DNA from: Candidatus Bathyarchaeota archaeon
GTDB lineage: Archaea > Thermoproteota > Bathyarchaeia > Bathyarchaeales > Bathycorpusculaceae
DNA length: 64,000 nt
Assembly: GCA_963811105.1 (NCBI GenBank)
Contig: CAWEPZ010000002.1
Coordinates: 32,001 to 96,000, forward strand
Reading direction: 5' to 3'
A model generated the notes under the pieces. It had not been told where the DNA came from and did not search any database. It worked only from the letters and a program-made list of their open reading frames with translations. A program made the position numbers and the translations under genes. Shown piece after piece: positions 1 to 10,357 of this stretch; positions within the stretch are counted from its first letter, which is position 1; each line of letters begins with the position of its first letter.

Positions 1-235
1 TGCTCTTAGAAACTCAAGGCTGCCTGCCGTCTTTATCAGTTCAAGTGTTTTGTTGACTTTTTCTTTAAAATCTGATGAGCCTTCAACTGTTAAGTTGTGT
101 TTGTAGCCTTGATCGATTAATGTTTTAGCAGTTTTTACTTCTTCAGTAGTGTATATTCTATCTGGAAAATCTCTCAAATGAAACTACTCCATTAATTGTG
201 GAAATTATTAAAACAAAGAATTAAGCTTGAGGAGT

Positions 236-562
236 TCAGGCTGCTTTAGGCTTGTAGATCTTGATGTTGTGGCTTCCGGAGACAAGTTGCAATGTGCCGT
301 TGGCTTCCAGCTGTTCTAGAAAGTCTTTGGCTGCGCTTATGCGTACACCGTACCGAGATGAAATAGCATATGGTGTTAGGACGCTCATCTTTTTAACTTC
401 AGCGAGCACTTTGGCATCTTTTACGTCTGGTGGCATGATTCCGACTGTTTTTCTCTCTTTTGGCGGTCCTGCTTTCTCTTTCTTCTTTGCTTCTTTAGCT
501 TCGTCTTGAGTGACCTGTTGCTTCTCCATTTGTTTTATGCCGAGCTTCTTTTTTCCACCCAT
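236..562 (-). CDS. rps25e: 30S ribosomal protein S25e
   Basis: Lys-rich N-terminus MGGKKK, then LTPYAISSRYGVRISAAKDFLEQL winged-helix typical of S25e. Confidence 0.9.
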   Translation of the reverse strand: MGGKKKLGIKQMEKQQVTQDEAKEAKKKEKAGPPKERKTVGIMPPDVKDAKVLAEVKKMSVLTPYAISSRYGVRISAAKDFLEQLEANGTLQLVSGSHNIKIYKPKAA

Positions 563-596
563 GATTTTTTCACCTTAAATTTTGTATTCTCAACAT

Positions 597-2105
597 CTAG
601 ATTGGTTGGCTTATTTCAACCTTATGTTGTGCCTTCCATTCTTTGAGTGGAACGCCAAGTTTCTTTTCAACTTCCGTTCTATGGATGGAGTTCATGGTGC
701 AGAATGGAATTATGCGACCGTCTGGAACTGCATAATGAATTACGCAACGTTGGACTCGTTCAAGGTCAAAGTTGTATGGATCCATGAAGTGCATTGATGA
801 TAGCATAACTGTTTGTCTTGCGAAGTCGCCTAGTGACTGGTAATCGCCATCCATCAGAACTTTGAGGACATATTTTCGCAGAAAATTGAATTTTATGTGT
901 CTTGCGGAGCCAAGAAGGCGAAGTTTTGCTTTGCTTTTGTTACCTTTTGCTGCGTCAGCGTAAACGCTCTTAAGTGAACCCGCGAATTTTTCTATGTTAC
1001 CATAGCGCGTTACAGGTTTTATTTTGCCGTTTTCAATAAACAAAAATGTTGCCATGCCGCAATGTGGGTGCGCTGTGAATTCGACGTACCGCTTGTTTTT
1101 TAATGCACCAACAGCTTTGGAGACGGGCACCACAACAGGTACAGGGTAGAAGTCAGAAGTTTTCACGTCACCGTTTGTTTGCTCTTCAACTAGTCGCATG
1201 AAATCTGGGATTGTGATTCGCATTTTTTCTCTTTCTTGTTGAGGTAGCCTTCCACAGAGCGAAACTGGCTGAACGTTAACACATCGAATCAAATCAGAGT
1301 TTTTCGCAGCAAACCTAACAATATCCCCAAGTTGTTGGTCGTTAACGCCTTTAACTAATGTAACTACTAAGACGATGCTGTCATATCCTGCTTGACGGAG
1401 ATTTTCGAGGGCTTTCATTTTGGTTTCAAGAAGGTCTAATCCTCTGATGAACTTGTAAACATCAGCGGTTAAACCGTCAAACTGTAAGTAAATTGTGCTA
1501 ACCCCGGCGGCCTTCAACTTCTTGGCGTATTCAGGGTCCTGCGCAATTCGAACGCCATTCGTATTTACTTCTACATGTTTAAACCCTATTTCTTTTGCTT
1601 TTCGAATAAAATCGAAAAGTTCATTGCGAATGGTTGGTTCTCCACCTGAAAACTGCAGGGCTGTTGCAGGCACAGGTTTGTTATTATGAAGGTTTTCCAA
1701 CATACCTGTAATCTGCTCAGCTGTTGGTTCATACACGTATCCAGCTGACGAAGCGTTAGCAAAGCAAACAGGGCACTTTAAGTTGCAACGGTTGGTAACG
1801 TCAATTATTGCAAGTGCGGTATGTGATTTATGTTCCGGGCAGATACCGCAGTCGTTTGGACACCCCTTTTCCTTTTTTGTTCGGGGGTTTTCCATTCCGT
1901 CGCCATCATATCGGAATTTTTCCGCGCGTACGTATTGGTCGTAGTCTGACCAGTAAAGTTCTTGGAAATGCCCATGCTCGGGGCAATCTTTTTTCATGAA
2001 GACTTTGCCGTCGTCTTCGTAAATTGTTGCATCAATTGCTTTTAGGCATTCAGGGCATATGCTTCTTGTAGGTTTAATGTCTTTCATTTTTTTGCCTTCT
2101 AACAT
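597..2105 (-). CDS. tes: Radical SAM tetraether lipid synthase (Tes/GDGT-MAS, MJ0619 family)
   Basis: N-terminal CPEC...CPEHG metal site, CPNDCGIC, radical-SAM CNLKCPVC, HPHCG, C-terminal RCVIHY...IPFC. Confidence 0.85.
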   Translation of the reverse strand: MLEGKKMKDIKPTRSICPECLKAIDATIYEDDGKVFMKKDCPEHGHFQELYWSDYDQYVRAEKFRYDGDGMENPRTKKEKGCPNDCGICPEHKSHTALAIIDVTNRCNLKCPVCFANASSAGYVYEPTAEQITGMLENLHNNKPVPATALQFSGGEPTIRNELFDFIRKAKEIGFKHVEVNTNGVRIAQDPEYAKKLKAAGVSTIYLQFDGLTADVYKFIRGLDLLETKMKALENLRQAGYDSIVLVVTLVKGVNDQQLGDIVRFAAKNSDLIRCVNVQPVSLCGRLPQQEREKMRITIPDFMRLVEEQTNGDVKTSDFYPVPVVVPVSKAVGALKNKRYVEFTAHPHCGMATFLFIENGKIKPVTRYGNIEKFAGSLKSVYADAAKGNKSKAKLRLLGSARHIKFNFLRKYVLKVLMDGDYQSLGDFARQTVMLSSMHFMDPYNFDLERVQRCVIHYAVPDGRIIPFCTMNSIHRTEVEKKLGVPLKEWKAQHKVEISQPI

Positions 2106-2187
2106 CTAAGCGCTTTTCGAAGTGCTTAAGAACATATGTGATGTAATAAGGTTTCCAAACGTTTCCTATGGTGATTGAGGGGAGAGA

Positions 2188-2940
2188 ATGTCAATTAACG
2201 AAAACACAAGGAATGCCCTGCGAGAAATGGGTTTGAATGCTTACGAAATTGACTCTTACTTAGTTCTGCTTGAAGGCGGGCAGATGACTGCTATGGAGAT
2301 AAGTCAAGAAGCTAAAATTCCCTACAGTAAAATCTATGAGGTTCTAAACTTACTAAAGGAAAAGGGCTGGATAAAAAGCACTGAAAGCCGGCCATTCAAG
2401 TACTATCCTGTACCGCCGCTTGAAGCAACAAGGTTCACAAAGCTGAGGCTTGAAGACAAATACCTTAACTGGGAAAACACAATTGCCGAAACACTTCAGC
2501 CCCAATACGAAAAACGAGAACTTTTCGAGAGACCCGACATGCTGATTCTGCGAGGTCAACAAGCGGTAATGGGTAAACTTGAAGAGGTCCTAATGAAAGC
2601 AACTAAAGAAATCGTAATAGCTGCTCCGGTATTTGCTAAACCAGTAATCGTCTTGGCTGAACCTTTACTTGGCAGCGGCTTAAAACGAACTGTTAGCGTG
2701 AAACTGATGGCTGCTGGAAAGACGGAGGATTGGATTTTCCTAAAAAAATATCCTATCTTAAATGAGCTGCGTATCCGTGACCACATGTTTGGCGGCGGCA
2801 TAATCGCTGATGGTAAAGAAGCCATGCTCTTACTAGGCGAGGACAAACCCAGCCTCGTTATATGGAGTGATCATGTCGGGTTAGTTGAGTTTGCAAGAGA
2901 ATATTTCCAGTTCTTATGGGACTCATCGGAAACGGTTTAG
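2188..2940 (+). CDS. TrmB family transcriptional regulator
   Basis: N-terminal wHTH (GLNAYE...IPYSKIYEVL...KGWI) and PLD-like effector domain (IIADGKE). Confidence 0.85.
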   Translation: MSINENTRNALREMGLNAYEIDSYLVLLEGGQMTAMEISQEAKIPYSKIYEVLNLLKEKGWIKSTESRPFKYYPVPPLEATRFTKLRLEDKYLNWENTIAETLQPQYEKRELFERPDMLILRGQQAVMGKLEEVLMKATKEIVIAAPVFAKPVIVLAEPLLGSGLKRTVSVKLMAAGKTEDWIFLKKYPILNELRIRDHMFGGGIIADGKEAMLLLGEDKPSLVIWSDHVGLVEFAREYFQFLWDSSETV

Positions 2941-3033
2941 AAACAATTTTTCGAACAAAGAAAAATTCAAATTGTAATAGAGGAAATCGTGTATACAAAA
3001 AAGAAGAAAGGGAGAACTTTGGTTATTAAGTTA

Positions 3034-3255
3034 CTATTTTCCCATGACTTTTCTAGCGGCGATTTCAATATCTTCCGCTTTAATTGTTTTTCTTCCAGCA
3101 TGCATTGCATAATCAAGTGCTTCTTTAGCAATCTTTACACCAATATCTTCAAGTGCCTTTGCAAGTTCTTTTGCCGCTGCTTCGCTAACTCTATCCGCGC
3201 CTGCTTTCTTACATAACCTATGCATGGGAGCTACAGCTATTTCTAATTCAGTCAT
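3034..3255 (-). CDS. Archaeal histone (HMf family)
   Basis: GADRVS...HAGRKTIKAEDI histone-fold motifs. Confidence 0.95.
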   Translation of the reverse strand: MTELEIAVAPMHRLCKKAGADRVSEAAAKELAKALEDIGVKIAKEALDYAMHAGRKTIKAEDIEIAARKVMGK

Positions 3256-3404
3256 ATCGACATCTCTATTGCTTCTTTTTCATTTTAAAGCAATATTTAA
3301 CCTTTGTTATCGTTTTTTCCTCTAGAACGCCCCTAAGGTTGAAACTTGTTGAACAAAAAAAAGAAAACATAAAAATATTAAATGTGATATTAGCGCTGAG
3401 AAAA

Positions 3405-4178
3405 ATGAAACTAATAGATGCGCATGTGCACCTTTCAGACGCAGAATACAGCAGCCACATTGAGGAATTAATTGCAGACGCAAAAAACACAGGTGTAAAA
3501 GCATTAGTGACAAACTCTGTGGATTTTAGAACTTGCCAAAACGACATATCGTTAGCCGAAAAATACTCTGGCCTAGTTTACCCTGCTTTAGGGATTCACC
3601 CCTGGAACGTTAACGTCCTTAAGGAAAACGAGATTGAGGAAACTATCGACTTCATCCAAAAACAAAGAAGCTGGGTTAAAGCAATCGGTGAAATAGGCTT
3701 AGACTGCAAATACGAAACTGTGTGGGAAAAACAACTAATGGTTTTTGACAAAATGCTTCATCTTGCTGAATCGCTTGAACTTCCTGTAATTATTCATTCC
3801 CGAGGAACAACAGACAAAATAGTAGATATGCTTCCTTCATACCGTCTTAAGCGCGTGTTGCTGCATTGGTTTAGCCATCCCATGAGTGCATTGTTCAAAG
3901 CAATGGATTATGGATACTTCATTACTGAAGGTCCACCTCTAACTTATTCAGTCGGCATCCGTGAAGTAGTAGCAGAAGTGCCGTTAACAAACTTCTTAAC
4001 AGAAACCGATGGTCCAGTAACATATTGGAAACGCCCTTACAACGGTCAATTAACCAAGCCTTCTTTCATACGCAATGTAGTTGAAGCAACAGCCGAGATT
4101 AAGAAAATGCCCGTTGATGATGTTGCCGAGCAGATTGCCAAGAACTTTGAAGTTTTCTTCAACATAAAACTAACTTAA
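3405..4178 (+). CDS. tatD: TatD family deoxyribonuclease
   Basis: DAHVH, GIHP, GEIGLD, HSR, ETDGP motifs; start moved to ATG 3405. Confidence 0.9.
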   Translation: MKLIDAHVHLSDAEYSSHIEELIADAKNTGVKALVTNSVDFRTCQNDISLAEKYSGLVYPALGIHPWNVNVLKENEIEETIDFIQKQRSWVKAIGEIGLDCKYETVWEKQLMVFDKMLHLAESLELPVIIHSRGTTDKIVDMLPSYRLKRVLLHWFSHPMSALFKAMDYGYFITEGPPLTYSVGIREVVAEVPLTNFLTETDGPVTYWKRPYNGQLTKPSFIRNVVEATAEIKKMPVDDVAEQIAKNFEVFFNIKLT

Positions 4179-4341
4179 TTTCTTCTTTTGTGAACTAAAT
4201 TTTGCCTGCAATTCATCGATCAATTAGAAGAGCCTCTTTTCTTAGGCGTAAACTTAAATTAAGCCTATCAACTATTGAGGGATTGCTCCTGCGCTTTTTA
4301 AGCGACGGACATTAAACATTGATGACTCGAGGAATTGAGAT

Positions 4342-4572
4342 TTGGGAAAAGTTAAGACCGATCAGGTTAAACGAGCAGGTAAAGAACTCATGCGCCGTTT
4401 TCCAACTACATTTACCACAAGCTTTGATGAAAACAAGCGTTTAGTTGACTCCTTAACGCAGGGAACAACCACGCGAGTAAGAAATCAGATTGCCGGATAC
4501 ATAACTCGTACTTTGTCATTAGCTCAAAACAACTCTTCAGATGAATCTGTAATTGAAGAAGAATCGGAATAA
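4342..4572 (+). CDS. rps17e: 30S ribosomal protein S17e
   Basis: MGKVKT...FDENK...RNQIAGYIT. Confidence 0.95.
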   Translation: MGKVKTDQVKRAGKELMRRFPTTFTTSFDENKRLVDSLTQGTTTRVRNQIAGYITRTLSLAQNNSSDESVIEEESE

Positions 4573-4599
4573 ACTGTCCATTTTAGGACAAGAAATCTC

Positions 4600-4977
4600 T
4601 TGATGGATGAGTACAGAAAAGGTTGGGCGCTCAGATACCTGCGCGAAGCAAAAGCCGAGTTGGAAGCTGCGCGAAAAATCCCTTACATGGCGCCAGGTTT
4701 AGTTTTAGAAGCCATCAGAAAGGCAAGAAACGCAATATACTATAGTCTTGGCGAACCCGCTTTCATAGAAATTCTTATCCGGGAACAAGTAATGAAAAAC
4801 CCAAACACTAATGATTCGATTCTGCGTTTCTTAATTGAACTCGAAAATATCGTACAACAAATTTCACAACTGGAAGAAGTAAATGGTGATGCAATGATGA
4901 AACAGGCAGATTCTATAGTTGAAATAGCCACAGATATCGTGGAAACTTTAACAGAGGAAAGATTCCAAAACTTTTAG
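4600..4977 (+). CDS. Conserved all-helical hypothetical protein (HEPN/nucleotidyltransferase substrate-binding-like)
   Basis: 125-aa ORF, WALRYLREAKAELEAA N-terminal helix pattern; no RxxxxH motif. Confidence 0.5.
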   Translation: MMDEYRKGWALRYLREAKAELEAARKIPYMAPGLVLEAIRKARNAIYYSLGEPAFIEILIREQVMKNPNTNDSILRFLIELENIVQQISQLEEVNGDAMMKQADSIVEIATDIVETLTEERFQNF

Positions 4978-5051
4978 GTATTCAAGCAGCTAAATTACAT
5001 AGAACTTTAACACAGTAACAGCTTATAGACAAAAGTGAGCAAAGAAGAAAT

Positions 5052-5332
5052 ATGCCTTTGACATTGAAATTTATTGGCGCCTTGCGGCAGATTTCAGGCA
5101 AAACGCAATTAATTGTCCCTTTTCAAGAAGAATCGCTTAAAGAACTCTTAGCCAAGCTTGGCAAAGAGATGCCCCATTAGAAAAAATCTTTGACGCTGAT
5201 CTACTAAATGATTCAAAATCCAATGCGTTGGTACTCGTTAATGGCAGAGAAATCAGTGTTTTAAACGGTTTAGAAACCAAACTTAACGACGAGGACGAAA
5301 TTGTATTTATTCCAGTCGTTCATGGCGGTTAA
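5052..5332 (+). pseudogene. MoaD/ThiS-family ubiquitin-like protein (SAMP), frameshifted at a C4 run near 5172-5175
   Basis: Not in ORF track. Frame 1 gives MPLTLKFIGALRQISGK...KEMP; the shifted frame gives LEKIF...VLVNGREISVLNGLETKLNDEDEIVFIPVVHGG* with C-terminal di-Gly. Confidence 0.85.
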
Positions 5333-5338
5333 ACTGCA

Positions 5339-6118
5339 ATGATAACTTTGACTAGCGACTTTGGCCTCAAAGACCCTTATGTGGCAGAGATGAAGGGCGT
5401 AATCTTAACTCTAAACCCAAAAGCCACGCTAATTGACATAAGTCATGGTATTGAAAAGTTTAACATACGAATGGCCGCTTTCACTTTAGCTTCGGCAGCA
5501 CCATACTTTCCAAATCGCACCGTCCACTTGGCAGTTGTTGACCCTGGCGTTGGCACTCAAAGACGCGCCATTTTAATCCAGACCAGAAAAGGCTTTTTTA
5601 TAGGGCCTGATAATGGGATTTTAATTTTAGCGGCTAAAAACCAAGGTTTAGAACACATATACCAGATTACTAATGCCAAGTTGATGTTGCCGAAAATCTC
5701 TGATACTTTTCACGGAAGAGATATTTTTGCTCCTGCAGCAGCTTACTTAGATAAAAACGTTGAGCCAAACGAGTTTGGGGAGGAAATAAAAGATCTAGTT
5801 GAACCCGAATTCGCAAGACTAACTCGAAGAGGTGATGCTTTAATTGGCGAGGTCTTGCACATAGACGGTTTTGGCAACATTATCTCAAATATAAACGAGA
5901 AAAAGTTGCCACAAAAGAATTGTAAAATCATGACCGTTAAACTTCTTCAAGCTTCTTTAAAACTTAAGTTTGGCAAAAAATATGCCGAGGTAGAACCTAA
6001 CGAGCCGGTTGTTTTGATTGGAAGTCATGGGTTTGTGGAAATAGCGCTAAACCAGGGCAGCGCCGCGGAAAAGTTCTGTGCAAAAGTTGGAGATAAAATC
6101 TCAGTTACGCCTACTTGA
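5339..6118 (+). CDS. SAM hydroxide adenosyltransferase (DUF62, chlorinase/fluorinase family)
   Basis: ITLTSDFG, VVDPGVG, GPDNG, TFHGRDIF, IDGFGN motifs. Confidence 0.92.
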   Translation: MITLTSDFGLKDPYVAEMKGVILTLNPKATLIDISHGIEKFNIRMAAFTLASAAPYFPNRTVHLAVVDPGVGTQRRAILIQTRKGFFIGPDNGILILAAKNQGLEHIYQITNAKLMLPKISDTFHGRDIFAPAAAYLDKNVEPNEFGEEIKDLVEPEFARLTRRGDALIGEVLHIDGFGNIISNINEKKLPQKNCKIMTVKLLQASLKLKFGKKYAEVEPNEPVVLIGSHGFVEIALNQGSAAEKFCAKVGDKISVTPT

Positions 6119-7087
6119 GTTATCAACAATTCTTTCGATTACGTCAACAGGATTCTCTAATTCTGCCAGCTTACTTTGTACCTCAAATCTTTTGCCGATA
6201 TACTTTTTGGCGTATGAGACCACTTGACGTTCTGAAGTGGCGAACAATGGGAACCCCTTATGAGATAGATACTTGTTAACATAAGTTTTAGCCATATCAG
6301 AAATTGCTATGCTGGGAATCCCTTGAAGAGCGGCTTCTCTTGCAATTGTTCCTCCATAACTAATAACTAAATCAGCGTTAGCAACCAAACTCGCTGAATC
6401 AACAAATCGGTCTTTAAATCCAAAAGATCTGCTCTTATTGTTATATCTTTGAATAAAATGCACTTTCCCAAACTTTGCAAGTTTTTCTGCGAGGATTTGT
6501 GCAGAATCCGTATTTCCGCCAGCGTAAGCTGCCTTCGACTCAATCTGCCTTATAACTATCAGTGGCTTCTCTAACCCAGCGATTTTTAGGGGTTTGAAAT
6601 TTTTGATCCAGGCAACTTCATCTACCCCTTTGTATGTTACAATATTTTTGGCGCAATACTCTCTTGTAAATTGTTTAGGTAAAGCCTCTGAAACTACGAC
6701 TGTGTCCGCAAAGGGTATTGTTAACCTGTTGACGGCTTTGGCATATGGAGTATCTGCCGTGAGAATGATTGGGATTCCCAAGCCAAAAGCGGTTCGGCAA
6801 AGCTCAACCGACTGATGCGCTATTGCAACGTCCGGAGGGCTTTCCTTGAACATCTTAGAAAATTGAATTATACGTTCGGCGCTCTCTTCCAATCTTGAGG
6901 AAAGAGTCGATGGGTCATACTTTCCAACGACAATTGGTTTTTCTTCTAGAATTTTTGCTAATGGTATGGTGTCTGTGTGTTCACGGGTTGTAAAAATGAA
7001 TTCGTGACCTGCTTTCCTGAGACGTTGTCCAATAGCCGTGCCATATCTAATGTGCTTTCCTGTGCAGGCGTCATACCATATTTTCAT
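6101..7087 (-). CDS. DUF354 family GT-B fold protein
   Basis: MKIWYD...KH, GVDE, GGTIAREAALQGIP motifs; likely start ATG 7087. Confidence 0.8.
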   Translation of the reverse strand: MKIWYDACTGKHIRYGTAIGQRLRKAGHEFIFTTREHTDTIPLAKILEEKPIVVGKYDPSTLSSRLEESAERIIQFSKMFKESPPDVAIAHQSVELCRTAFGLGIPIILTADTPYAKAVNRLTIPFADTVVVSEALPKQFTREYCAKNIVTYKGVDEVAWIKNFKPLKIAGLEKPLIVIRQIESKAAYAGGNTDSAQILAEKLAKFGKVHFIQRYNNKSRSFGFKDRFVDSASLVANADLVISYGGTIAREAALQGIPSIAISDMAKTYVNKYLSHKGFPLFATSERQVVSYAKKYIGKRFEVQSKLAELENPVDVIERIVDNSSRRN

Positions 7088-7091
7088 TTGT

Positions 7092-7595
7092 TCACCCTTT
7101 TCTTGTTGCAATGAAAGATTCACGTTTAGCTTCATATTCTTCTAAAGTCATTACTATTTGTGCGGGAACGCCTGCGGAAACTGTACGCGCAGGAACATTT
7201 TTGGTAACCACGCTTCCGCCGCCAATAACTGCTTTTTCTCCTATTATCACATCTGGTAGTACGGTTACGCCTCCGCCGATTGCAACCCCGTCTTTGATGA
7301 TTGGCGGTGTCATGAAAGCGCTTTTTGGGTACTTGTCATTTAGAAGTGAACTGTTGGGAGCAATAAACACGTTATCGCCTAAAATGCAGCCGTTTGAGAT
7401 GGTTACATGTGCTTGTATGTTGCAGTTTTTCCCTAAAACTACATCTTTTCCAATGTCACAAAAGCTTCCTATGAGAGTGCCATCGCCAATTTTAGTGTTG
7501 TCGCCAATTACAACATAATTCCAAATGGCGACGTTTGCACCTATTTCTACGTTTATCCCAGTGATTATTCCCTGGCCTTTCTTTGCAATTAGCAT
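7092..7595 (-). CDS. Hexapeptide-repeat N-acetyltransferase (WbpD-like)
   Basis: Left-handed beta-helix repeats, NDKYP, GGGSVVTKNVP...GVPA. Confidence 0.85.
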   Translation of the reverse strand: MLIAKKGQGIITGINVEIGANVAIWNYVVIGDNTKIGDGTLIGSFCDIGKDVVLGKNCNIQAHVTISNGCILGDNVFIAPNSSLLNDKYPKSAFMTPPIIKDGVAIGGGVTVLPDVIIGEKAVIGGGSVVTKNVPARTVSAGVPAQIVMTLEEYEAKRESFIATRKG

Positions 7596-7666
7596 AGCTT
7601 TCCTTTCGGGCTCCGGATTTAAATAGTTTAACTCTAACTTGACATTCTAGTGCCGAGGCAAAAATC

Positions 7667-8539
7667 GTGACCAAAGAAACAGTTCTAATTGTCGGGTTAG
7701 GAGAGATTGGCCATACCCTTTTTGCATTATTTAAAGATGCAAAAAACAGTTTTGATGTTTATGGCTTGGATTTAGATAAAACAAAAATGCGCGAGCTTAA
7801 CCAAAACAGAAATGATTTTCCAAGCAAAATAGACACCCTACATATTTGTCTGCCTTGCAGTAACCAACAAAACTTTGCAGACATAACAATGGATTATGTG
7901 GATGATTTTAATCCAAAACTTGTAATTATCAACAGCACTGTGCCTCCAGGGACAACGATGAAAGTAGCAGAAAGAAGCAAGTGCCTTGTGGCCCATTCAC
8001 CGTCGCGTGGGGTACATAAAAGTCTCAAGCACATGGTTTGGGAAATGAAGCGTTGGACCAAATATGTTGGCGGCGCCAACCCGGAAGCGGGGCAGTCTGC
8101 TCAGACCCATTTTGAGAAGCTAAGTCTGAAAGTGAAGGTCTTGAAAACTTGTTCAGAGACAGAGTTGGCAAAGCTTTTTGAGACAACTTACCGTGCTTGG
8201 ATGATAGCTTGTTTCCAAGAGATGCATCGAATTTCCAGAGCATTCAATGCTGATTTTGATGAAACCGTTGATTTCCTTGAGGACACTCATCGGTTAAGGT
8301 TTGATAGGCCTGTCATGTTTCCAGGCGTAATTGGCGGACACTGCTTGATTCCCAACACTGAATTGTTGTTGAAAGCTTATGATTCAGAGTTTCTGCGGTT
8401 GATTTTGGAGTCCAATGAGAAACGTAAGGATGAAGTAAAAGATAAAACGGTTGAGGCAGAGGTAAAGAAAGTTGCTGCAAGAGCTGAAGCCTTAGAGAAG
8501 GATCTTACATCGCGAAAAAGTAGGAGCGAATGTGAGTGA
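7667..8539 (+). CDS. UDP-glucose/GDP-mannose dehydrogenase family protein (short form)
   Basis: GLGEIG Rossmann motif, STVPPGTT, ELAKLFE, GGHCL catalytic Cys. Confidence 0.8.
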   Translation: MTKETVLIVGLGEIGHTLFALFKDAKNSFDVYGLDLDKTKMRELNQNRNDFPSKIDTLHICLPCSNQQNFADITMDYVDDFNPKLVIINSTVPPGTTMKVAERSKCLVAHSPSRGVHKSLKHMVWEMKRWTKYVGGANPEAGQSAQTHFEKLSLKVKVLKTCSETELAKLFETTYRAWMIACFQEMHRISRAFNADFDETVDFLEDTHRLRFDRPVMFPGVIGGHCLIPNTELLLKAYDSEFLRLILESNEKRKDEVKDKTVEAEVKKVAARAEALEKDLTSRKSRSECE

Positions 8540-8553
8540 TCAGTTTTTTCAGT

Positions 8554-8957
8554 TTACCATCCTATTGCAGTTGTTAAGTAAACTCTGCCATTTTTGTACT
8601 CATGGGTGAAAGGGAAGACTGCGCCTTTACTCCACCGAGCTACGATTGTTGAAACATTACTTATAGAAATTAATGCATAACAACAGTAAGCGTCAATGAG
8701 GTATAGTTGGTTTTGAGTTGAAAGAGATATGCGGAAAGAATTGTTGACAGCCAGATTGGCGCTTCCACTTGAGTTTATGAATTGAGCGCTGCCGAACCAG
8801 TCCTGCAGGGAAGTAAGGTAGTGACCGCCATATAGTTAGGCCACATATCTTTGCAGTAAGTTGAAAAGTAGCAGGGTATTCCGCCGATGATAGTAACGTT
8901 GCAGTTGTTGGTTAGGCAGTCTCTTAATTTGTTATCTTTTGGTACAACTCGAACCAA
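8554..8957 (-). pseudogene. Frameshifted gene remnant, probably from an extracellular protein
   Basis: Two abutting open frames: ...IIGGIPCYFSTYCKDMWP then YGGHYLTSLQDWFGSAQF...FTHEYKNGRVYLTTAIGW* (about 94 stop-free codons with no ATG). Confidence 0.45.
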
Positions 8958-9043
8958 GCCTCAAAAATGACTAGCGCTATAACCGGACAAGTCATCAATT
9001 GTCTGCTAGAGGTTTATGCCGGTGAGTTTTGTTTTCAATTGTT

Positions 9044-10268
9044 TCAAATTACTTTTTCAAATGCTTCTTCCATTTGTTGAGCATATTTTTCCCAAGATAA
9101 ATGTTCCTTAACGTAATTCGAAGCGTTTTTACCTATTCTCTCGCGAAGAGTCGGATTAGTTATTAGATTCTCAACTTTTTTTGCTATCTCTTCTGGCTTT
9201 CCATTTTCAACAAGCATTCCATTGACGTTATCCTGAATAATCTCCGCGACCCCACATCCTTTAGCAACTATCGCGGGCTTTGATGACGCCATTGCTTCAA
9301 CAGTGGCAAGTCCCCACGTTATTTGATGAGGAAAAAGGAATACATCACAAGCCGCGTATACTTTAGCTAAGTCTTCATCACATTTGGTATGCCAAAAAAG
9401 GACCTTATCTTTTACATCAAGCTTTTCACTAAGCTTTTTCAGCTCTACTTGTGAACCTGCGCCATCTAGGATAAGCTTAATGTTACTATGGTTTTTAGAC
9501 AAATAATATAACGCCTTTATGGAATCAGATTGTCGTTTAGGATCTAAATTGGCAACTTGGAGTAGAATAAAATCTTTTTCCAAACCATATTTCTTTCTTA
9601 CTTCCTCTCCAGAAATATTCTGAAACTTTTCGACGTCTAATCCAGTTCTCACCACGGTAGAAGGCTTATTGTAGGCGTCTCTTACCAAGTTCTCCCCAAC
9701 ACGCGATAATACAATTATTCTGTCGATGTATTTTACAGAAATTTTGTCCCATATTCCAAATAGGGGCCAATTAATTTTTTTCCTTATGCCTCTTCCTTTT
9801 CATGTAGAACCATGATGGAGGCTCATTGCACATCCATACTACTGGAACTCTTAATCTTCTTTTTGCAATAAAGGCCGCCCATTCTGTAGGCTGGTTGTGG
9901 TTATTGATTACTTCAAACCCTTTTGGTATCATTCTTCCCAAATTAAGCATAGCTGGAAGCCCAAACGTATAAAACTGATGGACCAAGATTCGTTGAAGTT
10001 GATTCCTAACATTTGTAATCTTTCCAACTTTGCCAAAAGAAGATACAGGTAAATCGTTATCATATTTAAATGGAACAAAGCGATTACGCAGCATAACGTT
10101 AATGGTTACTTGTTTCAGCAACTCAGGATAACAAATCTTTTCGTTAACCCCTGTCGTGAATATTTCCACTTCGTTTCCAAGTTTTTGGAGCTCTATAGCC
10201 AAGTTCAAAAGTTGTCTTTCTGCACCACCACGTCCCCATAATGCTGTATGAACCAATGCAATTTTCAT
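9044..10268 (-). pseudogene. Glycosyltransferase family 4, split by a frameshift near 9775-9800
   Basis: The two ORFs together with the intervening frame (GIRKKINWPLFGIWDKISVKYID) align end to end with the paralog at 12313-13584. Confidence 0.85.
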
Positions 10269-10357
10269 GACTGTTTCACAAGTATTGTTTTATGAGGATA
10301 GTTTAAGTTTATATATTTGTACTTTTAGTATCAACTAAGTTTTTGAGAGGTTTAAAA

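Noticed and set aside
8540-9040. Long intergenic gap considered as RNase P or SRP RNA
   Set aside because: No RNase P or SRP consensus or GC-rich stems; better explained as a minus-strand gene remnant.
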